Source: Acholeplasmataceae bacterium (lineage in GTDB: Bacteria; Bacillota_I; Bacilli_A; Acholeplasmatales; Acholeplasmataceae). From it: a stretch of DNA of 64,000 nucleotides. Position 1 is the first letter of the stretch. Every line of letters starts with the position of its first letter. A model generated the notes under the pieces. That model was given only the letters and a program-made list of their open reading frames with translations, made no database searches and was not told the origin of the DNA. A program made the translations under genes and the position numbers. This document shows, piece after piece, positions 21,400 to 30,152 of this stretch. The stretch is taken from positions 1,686,089 to 1,750,088 of the forward strand of contig OY763415.1 of assembly GCA_963667565.1 (NCBI GenBank), read 5' to 3'.

Positions 21400-21795
21400 A
21401 TGAAAAAAGTGTTAACATTTGGGGTATTTGATTATTTGCATTATGGTCATTTAAAACTTTTTGAACGTGCTTTGGCATATGGTGATTATTTAATTGTTGC
21501 AGTTCAAAAAGATGAAGAAATTCATAAGACTAAGCCTGAAGCAATCATGCTTTATGATTTAGAAAAGCGTATGGAATTTATAAGTGCTATTAAGTATGTC
21601 AACGAAACGATTCCATATACTCAAGTAGATCAAGATATTCAACAAATAGATTTTGATGTTTTAGTTTTAGGTGGCGATCAAAATCATCCTGGATTTCAAA
21701 GAGCATTTCAATGGGCAGAAAAAAACAACAAGGAAATCATCAGATTGGAGAGAACACAAGGCATTAGTTCATCACAAATTAAAGGGGGTAATTAA
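21400..21795 (+). CDS. TagD-like cytidylyltransferase
   Basis: TFGVFDYLHYGH (HxGH) and RTQGISSS. Confidence 0.88.
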   Translation: MKKVLTFGVFDYLHYGHLKLFERALAYGDYLIVAVQKDEEIHKTKPEAIMLYDLEKRMEFISAIKYVNETIPYTQVDQDIQQIDFDVLVLGGDQNHPGFQRAFQWAEKNNKEIIRLERTQGISSSQIKGGN

Positions 21796-22772
21796 TGATG
21801 TTGTTTATAAATCATTTTTTGACTGATGCTTCAGTCATAGCACTAACTTATTGGGGGGAAAAAGGTGTAGATATATTAACTGCATTAATCGCATCATTTA
21901 CTACTGCAGCATTAGTTGCATTGTTTCTAGATAAAGCCTTTAAAAGAAGTAAAAAATTAGGCGATAGCCTAGTAAAATCTGGTATTGATAAAATCGAGTA
22001 TGTGAGCGGAAAGATGAGTAGAAGAGATCGCTCTATATTATTTGGATTAAATAACAAAACTAAACCTATTGAATTAAATCTTTGTTTTTTAACAGGAGAT
22101 AATTTTTTTCTTGACTATTATGATTACTTGCAACAACTACTAGATAATGATTGCAAAATTAAACTCTTAATTGCTAATCCTTTTGATTCTAAAAGATATC
22201 AAAAATATCTAAAAAACATATCTGAAAGCTTTGATAAGAATACAAATGATTGTTGTGAAAAAGATAAAAAAGATATTGCAAATCTATATTATGAATATAG
22301 TATGTTTAAAAATGAGAAACTTAATGATCTATGTTATCTTGAGAGAACCTATTTAATGGTTTCAAGCCAAATTATTGAAAACAAATCTGAAAGCAAGTTT
22401 AAAGATTTTTATTTTAATCTTAATGAAGAAAGTAAACAAGAAGTTTGGTTAGAGCGTATCTCAAAAACTGGCGATCATATCATGCAAATTGCACTAGTGA
22501 CAACACTTGTTAATAAATTGAATAATGATTCAAAAGGGTCAAAAATTGAAATTGGTTACTATAAAGATGAGTATCGTATTCCAATAATACTTGCTAAATA
22601 CAATAACCATGATAGAGAAGAAATGTTTTTATGGACAAATATGAATGCACCTGTCAAGGAAACAACAAAATCTGTCAATGTTTTTGGAAAAGCGACCGAA
22701 AATGATGACTCAACTTATATTACAGATGTAATGAAATCATTTGACTATTTATTTGATAGATATAAAAGATAA
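21795..22772 (+). CDS. Membrane-anchored hypothetical protein, possibly DUF5919/PLD-like fold
   Basis: N-terminal TM helix; CKIKLLIANP and KIEIGYY segments; start overlaps the upstream stop codon. Confidence 0.5.
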   Translation: MMLFINHFLTDASVIALTYWGEKGVDILTALIASFTTAALVALFLDKAFKRSKKLGDSLVKSGIDKIEYVSGKMSRRDRSILFGLNNKTKPIELNLCFLTGDNFFLDYYDYLQQLLDNDCKIKLLIANPFDSKRYQKYLKNISESFDKNTNDCCEKDKKDIANLYYEYSMFKNEKLNDLCYLERTYLMVSSQIIENKSESKFKDFYFNLNEESKQEVWLERISKTGDHIMQIALVTTLVNKLNNDSKGSKIEIGYYKDEYRIPIILAKYNNHDREEMFLWTNMNAPVKETTKSVNVFGKATENDDSTYITDVMKSFDYLFDRYKR

Positions 22773-22931
22773 ATCAAAAATACGCTTTTGTTTTCTTGAT
22801 TTTTGAATTTAAGGCTAATGAATCATAAGATTTAAACTATTTGTGAAGATATATATATGCAGAAATAAAGTAGCATATATCGACATATTCTCGCGAACAA
22901 TGGATAATATATAAAATATAGGTGGGGAATC

Positions 22932-23672
22932 ATGTACAAGAAATTTTTATTATATGTATATATTATTTTTATGTTGCTAATTATAAGCGCTTGTAACAAC
23001 AGAGACCCATTTGACTCTGTTGTTTCAGGCGATTTTGTTTATATTAGATGGTCTATGTCAGAAGGTGAAGTCGCAATCATAGGTTTAAGTGATGAAGGCA
23101 TAAATAAAGAGACACTTATATTTCCATCAACACTTGATGGATATAGAGTCACTCAAATAGGTGATAAATTTGGACTTAAAGATAGTGGGACGCTATTTAT
23201 TGAAAAAGCGCTAAACATATATTTTACTTCATCAATTACTCATGTGGTAACGAGTATTGACTACAAAAATATAGATACAACTTTAGAAATATATGTGTTT
23301 GTTGGTGGATCAAGCATCGAGTCTAGACTATACGCATGGACTTATCCATATTCAAACATCAATGTATATCTATCAGCATATGAATATTCAAATGTCATAG
23401 ATGATGAAATTGTATATGGCAGATTTGTTTGCTCTAATGTTGAATATTATCTAGATAATGAACATGTGTATTTTGTTGATCATGCAGAAGGAAAAACAGT
23501 AAATACCATACCACCAATCCCAAGTAAAGCTGGATACGTTTTTGATGGCTGGTACAAAGATGAGTCACTTAATCAACCTTTGAACTTTGATGAAGATACT
23601 ATTCCAAATAAAGAGTTTGATGAACAAAATAGCGTTATAAACATAACAAAAATATACGCTAAATGGAAATAA
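22932..23672 (+). CDS. Lipoprotein with C-terminal InlB B-repeat (Flg_new)
   Basis: Lipobox IISAC; PSKAGYVFDGWYKD...IYAKWK. Confidence 0.8.
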   Translation: MYKKFLLYVYIIFMLLIISACNNRDPFDSVVSGDFVYIRWSMSEGEVAIIGLSDEGINKETLIFPSTLDGYRVTQIGDKFGLKDSGTLFIEKALNIYFTSSITHVVTSIDYKNIDTTLEIYVFVGGSSIESRLYAWTYPYSNINVYLSAYEYSNVIDDEIVYGRFVCSNVEYYLDNEHVYFVDHAEGKTVNTIPPIPSKAGYVFDGWYKDESLNQPLNFDEDTIPNKEFDEQNSVINITKIYAKWK

Positions 23673-23859
23673 ACTGCTTGTTTAAATCATAAAATCTACC
23701 ACACACAATTCATAATTAATATGCCAATATTATTGAAAAACATTAAGGATTTAGTGGAAGACAAAAATGAATAGATAATCATAAAATTAAATAAAAGTAT
23801 AAATATTCTATTTTTTTGTTTCTAATGATAATTCAAAAAAACAGTCAGAAGGTGAGAAA

Positions 23860-24858
23860 GTGAAAGATAAATATCCTATTTATAATGGTAATGTTGTAAC
23901 AACTAATTTTTTCTCTTATTTAAGAAAAAGAAAAATCACTCAAAAAAAATATGCTATCGATAACAATTTGGATCCCTCAATACTATCAAAATGGAAAAGT
24001 GGAGATTCACAATTGACAATTGAACAGGTTAGGCAAGCTGCTAAATATTTTGGAATAACTGCAAATGATTTAATGTATTCAGATATAGAAAAAATGAGAT
24101 TGGAAGTCATTGCAGATAAATCATATGACCCTATATTAGCACAGCAATCGATAGACATATTGCTTTTTAGAGACACATTCGAAAAACCAATAAAAATCAT
24201 ATTATTCTGTTTATTTGTTTTCCCACTTATTGCACTTATTATCTATCTCTTTAGAAACCAATCTGTCTATTATTCGTTACTAATGCCACTTGCAATACCA
24301 CTCTGTGTATTAGTCATAAAGAGAAATTCATATGAAAATAGAACGTTTATTATTAATTACTTGGATCAATTATTTTATAAAAGAGAAGATACAAAGAATC
24401 ATTTCTATTTCTTAAGTATAACAATAAGAATAATTTCTTTTTTATTGGTAGCTTATATCATGAACAAAGTAGCGATTAATTTTGCAACGACAGATGAATT
24501 TAACCAATCTTTACTTATTGCATTATTGATTATTTTGATGATGTCAGTTTTTAGTGTTATTTTAGAATTTTTTAGTTTACCTATAAATTTCAAACTTGAA
24601 ATTTATGATAATGAAATTGAAGGATATAATACAACTCGGTTGACACTGTTGATTCATTTTTCAGTATTTTCAGTTTTGGGTTTATTATTTTTAAGAGACT
24701 CTCAAGTATATTTGCAATTATTTTGCATTAGTTGTGCAATCTTATCGATAAATTTAATTGATTTTATCAAGATTTCAAAAGAATATTCTAAATATGAATT
24801 AGTTTATAAAGAAAACGAAAAAGAAGCAAGAAAATTATTTCCAAACATCATTGAATAA
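23860..24858 (+). CDS. XRE HTH fused to a multi-TM membrane domain
   Basis: TQKKYA...PSILSKWKSG...AKYFGIT; about 6 hydrophobic helices. Confidence 0.75.
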   Translation: MKDKYPIYNGNVVTTNFFSYLRKRKITQKKYAIDNNLDPSILSKWKSGDSQLTIEQVRQAAKYFGITANDLMYSDIEKMRLEVIADKSYDPILAQQSIDILLFRDTFEKPIKIILFCLFVFPLIALIIYLFRNQSVYYSLLMPLAIPLCVLVIKRNSYENRTFIINYLDQLFYKREDTKNHFYFLSITIRIISFLLVAYIMNKVAINFATTDEFNQSLLIALLIILMMSVFSVILEFFSLPINFKLEIYDNEIEGYNTTRLTLLIHFSVFSVLGLLFLRDSQVYLQLFCISCAILSINLIDFIKISKEYSKYELVYKENEKEARKLFPNIIE

Positions 24859-24991
24859 TCATCAATTTTGACTCAATTAATTGAAGTGTTTTCAATTGGT
24901 ATATCTTATTTATAAATAAAAGTATAAACTTTTACTGACAAGACATGTCAGATTTAGAGTTTGATATATTTTTATAGAAAGGAGATATAAA

Positions 24992-25372
24992 ATGAAAACA
25001 CTTTTTAAATTATCGCATTTACTAATTGTAGGATTATTTGTTATCACAGGGAACGATACATATGACTTGATTTTAGGTGCAGCAATTGCTGTGATAGCAT
25101 ATGTCTATGCATTCACTATTACTAGAAGATATTCAAATAGTTTGGGATATAATTCAATACTTATGAGTTTTGTACATTGGTCAGTAAGAACGATTATATC
25201 AATTATGATGATAGTTATAACAAGACCGATTTATATAATTGTGAAATCTATGGTAGGATTAACTAATGTTGATTTAACCGATTTAATTTCTGTTGTGATA
25301 TGTGCAGCAGTATGGATTTTTGTTGCTGAAACAGTGAAATCCATTACGGGATTAAGAAAAAATTATTGGTAA
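24992..25372 (+). CDS. Small multi-TM membrane protein
   Basis: SD aaggag; hydrophobic sequence. Confidence 0.7.
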   Translation: MKTLFKLSHLLIVGLFVITGNDTYDLILGAAIAVIAYVYAFTITRRYSNSLGYNSILMSFVHWSVRTIISIMMIVITRPIYIIVKSMVGLTNVDLTDLISVVICAAVWIFVAETVKSITGLRKNYW

Positions 25373-25404
25373 ATCATCAAATCAGTTAAGGAAAGGAGGA
25401 AAAT

Positions 25405-25578
25405 GTGAAAAACATATTAGTATCTGCAGTTTTAATCACCATATTAGGAATTGTAGTCACAGGGTCTATAGATGTTACAAGTTTAATTGATTTTATAGGA
25501 AATATTATACATTTATTAGGAATAATTATAAGTTTTATAATTCAAGTAATTATTAAAATTATTGAAGCTTTATTGTAA
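25405..25578 (+). CDS. 57-aa hydrophobic peptide not in the ORF track
   Basis: SD aaggagg + GTG; MKNILVSAVLITILGIVVTGSIDVTSLIDFIGNIIHLLGIIISFIIQVIIKIIEALL. Confidence 0.7.
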   Translation: MKNILVSAVLITILGIVVTGSIDVTSLIDFIGNIIHLLGIIISFIIQVIIKIIEALL

Positions 25579-25916
25579 CAATTTCAGGAGACAATTATGA
25601 GATATAAAAAGAAAAAATAGCCAGTATTTTCATGATGAGAAGCTGGTTTTTTTTATGCCATTAAATCAAAAATTAGTATTTATATTTAGGTTGAACAGTT
25701 TATTAATAAATAAAAGTTGCCATTAAAAACTGCAGCAATCTTTTGACATTGCATCGGTTATATCCCCTTACTTGATTTCACAAGATTACCAGTAACTACA
25801 CTTTCTTTTTTTACTTTTAACCATATATATTTTAAATATGTTCACTAAGAGATTCCATAAAACTACTGATTTATGAAAAAACCTTATCTCAAGAAAATAA
25901 ATGTGATACAATATAT

Positions 25917-26020
25917 TTGCGGAACGTAAATAAAATGGGTGTATACCTTCGTTCCGCAAACTATGGGTATACATCCACCTTAAAAATAAGTGAACAAAAT
26001 CTGTTTGCTTTTTTATTTTT
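25917..26020 (+). ncRNA. Predicted ~100-nt small RNA
   Basis: TG-n-TACAAT at 25904-25912; stems 25916-26/25950-60 and 25937-47/25966-76; terminator aagtgaaca/tgtttgctt + T run at 25988-26020. Confidence 0.55.
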
Positions 26021-26036
26021 TAGTGCTATAATGAAG

Positions 26037-26273
26037 TTGCGGAACGAAGGCGGTCATCGTTTTTATATAAGACCGAACACCCAAAAAGGTTATTAATTCT
26101 AGAAAGATAATCTGAGTAGGAAATATACCTATAGGCACACATTGAATCATGTGTAAGAAACGACAGTATAAGAAAATTCATTACTATGAGTATTTTTTCG
26201 TTTTTACATATTTGCCTAATTCACCAAATACTTATAATAATATTTTCTTCTGATCATCCAAAAGGAGAGAAAA
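26037..26273 (+). promoter_or_regulatory. Long structured 5' leader (or ncRNA) of the viperin operon
   Basis: Promoter ttgctt-N16-tataat with extended TG (26005-26032); stems 26051-55/26071-75, 26117-20/26128-31, 26132-37/26213-18 and 26149-63/26198-211. Confidence 0.55.
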
Positions 26274-26741
26274 ATGAAATATTATTTAGTTACATGTAAG
26301 TTTGGACACGTGGGCAGAGATAAGTATCTCCCATTAGACATTCCAATTATTGCAGATTCAATTAAAGAAGCTAGTTTTTATGCAAAAAATAAAGGTGGCG
26401 TAAAAAAAGATCATAAGGATTGGTGTTTAAGAGGACCTATAGAGGTTAGTAAAGAAATATTTGATAATGCTTTGCTTTCTTTTAAAAATGATATCTATTT
26501 TGAAAAGCATAGTAGACAACGGTTATATTTATTTGAAGATAGACTGATTGATGAAAAAAATTACACGAGAATTAACAACAGCAAAACAAACACTAAAATA
26601 TATAAGAAAAAACGAAGTAAAAGAGTTGTTGAATTTAGAAGAAGGAAACAATCAGAAATCATCAAAACATTGATGAATGAACAGGTATATGCTTTGCAAC
26701 ATTTTAGAAATTCTAATGTATTAATTGGGAGGGAAAATTGA
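26274..26741 (+). CDS. Basic hypothetical protein, possibly RNA-binding
   Basis: SD aaggag; YLVTCKFGHVG...ADSIKEA N-domain; Arg/Lys-rich tail; TGATG overlap with the viperin gene. Confidence 0.75.
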   Translation: MKYYLVTCKFGHVGRDKYLPLDIPIIADSIKEASFYAKNKGGVKKDHKDWCLRGPIEVSKEIFDNALLSFKNDIYFEKHSRQRLYLFEDRLIDEKNYTRINNSKTNTKIYKKKRSKRVVEFRRRKQSEIIKTLMNEQVYALQHFRNSNVLIGREN

Positions 26742-27589
26742 TGAATACATATCATGTGATTAATCTTCATCTAACTGAGGCTTGTAATTACAATTGTGTC
26801 CACTGCTTTGCAAAATTTAATGTTAGCAATGAGTTAGGAATCAGTGAATGGAAAGATGTGGTTGATCGTATCAAATTATATTTTGATGAACAGCATATCG
26901 TTTATGGAAGAATTAATCTTGCAGGAGGTGAGCCACTTCTTGTAACATACATTGATGAATTGATTGAATATATTAATTCACTTAACATAAAAGTATCCAT
27001 TATTACAAATGCTTCTAGATTAACTAGACAAATACTTGATAATTGGACAGGAAAAGTGGAAATGCTAGGGATTAGTATTGATTCACTTAATGATGATACT
27101 AATATTGCGATTGGAAGACATTTTAGAAATCAAACACTTAAATATGATTCACTAATTGATTTGATGAATTATGCTAAACAAAAAGGTATGCTTATTAAAG
27201 TGAATACTGTTGTATCAAAATTAAATTTGAAAGAAGATATTAAACATTTATATGAAGACGTAGCTTTCGATAGAATTAAAGTGTTACAAATGCGTATTAA
27301 TCAAAACTGTAATGAATCTGCTAAACATTTATCAATTACAAACTGTGAATTTAAAGAGTATCTTCAAAGGCTTAATATGAATAATATCATTATAGAACAT
27401 GAAAACGAGATTGATTCAGCATATATATTTATTGATCCAAAAGGGAATCTAGTATCAAATACAGATCATTTACATCAAAAAGTTGGATCTATATTTGATG
27501 AAAATTTAGGTGAACTAATTTTTAATGCGCATATTAATAATGAAAATTATAATAAAAGATATTTAAAGGGGAACATAAATGAATCTTAA
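26741..27589 (+). CDS. Prokaryotic viperin-like radical SAM enzyme (pVip)
   Basis: INLHLTEACNYNCVHCF (N.H + CxxxCxxC), INLAGGEP, SIITNAS, GISIDS, KVNTVV, RIKVLQ, YIFIDPKG. Confidence 0.85.
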   Translation: MNTYHVINLHLTEACNYNCVHCFAKFNVSNELGISEWKDVVDRIKLYFDEQHIVYGRINLAGGEPLLVTYIDELIEYINSLNIKVSIITNASRLTRQILDNWTGKVEMLGISIDSLNDDTNIAIGRHFRNQTLKYDSLIDLMNYAKQKGMLIKVNTVVSKLNLKEDIKHLYEDVAFDRIKVLQMRINQNCNESAKHLSITNCEFKEYLQRLNMNNIIIEHENEIDSAYIFIDPKGNLVSNTDHLHQKVGSIFDENLGELIFNAHINNENYNKRYLKGNINES

Positions 27590-30152
27590 ATTAAAAATAG
27601 CGTATAGCGAAAATAACGAATTTCAAAATTTGCAGGATGCTTCAAACCAATTGATGACATTAACTAATAATAATTCGATTAAATGCAAAGTCTCAACAAA
27701 AAGATTAGAGATTGAAAGAGATAGGAAAGATGAAAGAGATATAAGAAGTATTAAAAGAGTAGAAATGACGCTCAAATTACCTGATGGGTTTTTAATTTTA
27801 AGAGGGCACCTTGGATGCTCATTTAGAAGACCATTTGGTGGAGAATTCTATATGTTGGACTATAAAGTTATTCCTAATGGTGTGTTTGAAGATTTGGGTG
27901 GTGTTGAAATAGATATTCAATTTGATAACATGTTTCCGACAGAAATTACTCCCATGTTCAACGCTTTAAATGAAATTGTTAATGACAATAAATTTTTATT
28001 TAATATAGGGCAATTTGATGAATTTATGGAAGTCTTTAAATTCTATAAAAAAATATCGGATGAAATCAATAATAGTGCAACCTTTGAAATTATTGATTCA
28101 TCCCAACCATATTACTTTATATCAGTAGATACTAAAGAACTTTATGATGAGAATGGATTAGTATTAATGATATATACAGGAATTGAAAATTTTAATGATA
28201 GCGAAGATATTATCAAAGGTTATAAAGTTCCTGAATATGTATATGATAAATTTAATAATGAATTAAAAGAAAAGACTTATAAACTATGCGATATTGTCAT
28301 AAAAAACGAAGAACAAGCAATTCGTAAAATACGTAGAATGTCAGACAATTTATATGTAAGCAATATGCTTGTTGTCAATGAGCAGCAAGCAAAAAAATTA
28401 CATGAAGTTGAATTAATGAATATCCTAGTTAAAAAAGATATGATTATTCTAAGCGTTTTTGAAGATACATATATAGACGAAAGATATTTAAATCTATATG
28501 ACATGGGACAAAAAATTAAGATAGAGTCAATTGAAGACTCACTTAAGCTTATTAGTCAAGGCGATACAGGAGCAGCAATGCCAAAAATCAAGTACCTCAT
28601 AGGTGATGACGATATGCCAAGTGAATCAAAAAAAACAGAAAAGGTCCAAAAGTTTATTTCAGATGAATTAAGAAAAGCTCCAATCAAATCTGAATATACT
28701 AAAAACTTAAATGAGTCACAAACACTTGCCTTTTTAAAAGCAGTTGATGGATCACCTGTAACTTTAATTAAAGGCCCTCCAGGAACTGGAAAAACGCACG
28801 TTATTAATGCAATTACGCAATATATAACTAAAGAATTAAACGAAAAAGTTGTAATTTCATCTCAAACACATGTTGCTATTGACAACGTATTAGACAAATT
28901 GATGGAAAATCACGACTTAATTATTCCCAACAGAATTACCAACAGAAGAAATAAATATAGTATGGATGAAATTGATAAAACGTTGTATAAAACTTGGGGA
29001 ATGAAATTGACTAATCATTTAAGTCAAACAAAAAATAAGAAACTCGCATATGCCATTATTAAGGATTTGAAAAATTTCAATGGATTAAATGAAATTCAAT
29101 ACTCAAAAAACATGAAAGAAGAATTTTCAGTCATTGGGGCAACTACTACAACAGCTGCTATTGGTGGTAATAAAGGAAGAACATTGCTTAAAGATTATCA
29201 ATGGCTAATCATTGATGAAGTATCAAAATCTCCAATCACAGAAGTCTTAAGATATTTACCGTATGTAGATAAAATAATTCTAGTAGGAGATGACTATCAA
29301 TTATCTCCACTTCTTGAATTTAATAAAGAAGATGTTAAGCATCTACCTTCTTACGATGAAGAAATGTTTGATCGTTTACAAACGATATATGAGCAATCTG
29401 TTTTTTCTAAAACAATCAAAAAAGCCGAAAAAGCAGGAAGACTGATTTTACTTAATGAAAATTATAGATCTCTAAAACCAGTTCTTAATCTATATAATGT
29501 GTTTTATGATGGTGCATTACATAATATGAGAGAACAAGTTAATCCAGAAATTATACAATTTAACGATAAAGCGATTTTAAGTAATGATAGTCATGTTTTC
29601 TTTGTAGAAGCACTAGGTGGTAGTGAACAAGATGACAAGAAAACACATTCACGTTATAACATTCAGGAAGCTGTTGCAACAGCAAGAATTTTAGAAGATA
29701 TACTAGAAAATGTTATTAATCCAAAATCTGTAACAGCTGCAGCTATTTTCCCATATGCAGCTCAAATCCAATACTTTACCAAAGAGTACAAAGAATTGAT
29801 TAACAAGGCAAAAATAAACTTGAAAAGTTTTGAAATTGATACTGTAGATGCTTTTCAAGGAAGAGAGACAGATATTGTGTTAGTCAATACAGTAATTACT
29901 AGATTTGAAAAAAGGAATTTTTTAAGAGATTTTAGACGAATTAATGTATCAATGTCAAGAGCAAAAGATAAACTTATTGTTTTTGGTTCAAGAAATTTAG
30001 TGAAACTTGAAATGGATACACCAGAAGGTGGAACCAGACAATACTTCAATGAGATTATTAGTAATATAAAACAAAATGGAAAGCAAATTATAATTAATCA
30101 AAAGGGGGATGTAGTTAATAATGAAAGTAACAGTAAATTTAAATTTGCCTAA
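27579..30152 (+). CDS. SF1 (UPF1/DNA2-like, AAA_11/AAA_12) helicase with long unknown N-terminal region
   Basis: LNESQ, GPPGTGKT, HVAIDN, IIDEVS, VGDDYQL, ENYRS, TVDAFQGRE, RRINVSMSRAK. Confidence 0.9.
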   Translation: MNLKLKIAYSENNEFQNLQDASNQLMTLTNNNSIKCKVSTKRLEIERDRKDERDIRSIKRVEMTLKLPDGFLILRGHLGCSFRRPFGGEFYMLDYKVIPNGVFEDLGGVEIDIQFDNMFPTEITPMFNALNEIVNDNKFLFNIGQFDEFMEVFKFYKKISDEINNSATFEIIDSSQPYYFISVDTKELYDENGLVLMIYTGIENFNDSEDIIKGYKVPEYVYDKFNNELKEKTYKLCDIVIKNEEQAIRKIRRMSDNLYVSNMLVVNEQQAKKLHEVELMNILVKKDMIILSVFEDTYIDERYLNLYDMGQKIKIESIEDSLKLISQGDTGAAMPKIKYLIGDDDMPSESKKTEKVQKFISDELRKAPIKSEYTKNLNESQTLAFLKAVDGSPVTLIKGPPGTGKTHVINAITQYITKELNEKVVISSQTHVAIDNVLDKLMENHDLIIPNRITNRRNKYSMDEIDKTLYKTWGMKLTNHLSQTKNKKLAYAIIKDLKNFNGLNEIQYSKNMKEEFSVIGATTTTAAIGGNKGRTLLKDYQWLIIDEVSKSPITEVLRYLPYVDKIILVGDDYQLSPLLEFNKEDVKHLPSYDEEMFDRLQTIYEQSVFSKTIKKAEKAGRLILLNENYRSLKPVLNLYNVFYDGALHNMREQVNPEIIQFNDKAILSNDSHVFFVEALGGSEQDDKKTHSRYNIQEAVATARILEDILENVINPKSVTAAAIFPYAAQIQYFTKEYKELINKAKINLKSFEIDTVDAFQGRETDIVLVNTVITRFEKRNFLRDFRRINVSMSRAKDKLIVFGSRNLVKLEMDTPEGGTRQYFNEIISNIKQNGKQIIINQKGDVVNNESNSKFKFA

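Noticed and set aside
25786..25974. 62-aa minus-strand ORF overlapping the predicted sRNA
   Set aside because: SD-like sequence abuts the ATG, composition is atypical, and the region is better explained by plus-strand RNA structure
25916..26220. Retron msr-msd or CRISPR mini-array interpretation of the TTGCGGAACG repeats
   Set aside because: No reverse transcriptase or cas gene in the window; repeats are short, of mixed orientation and not regularly spaced
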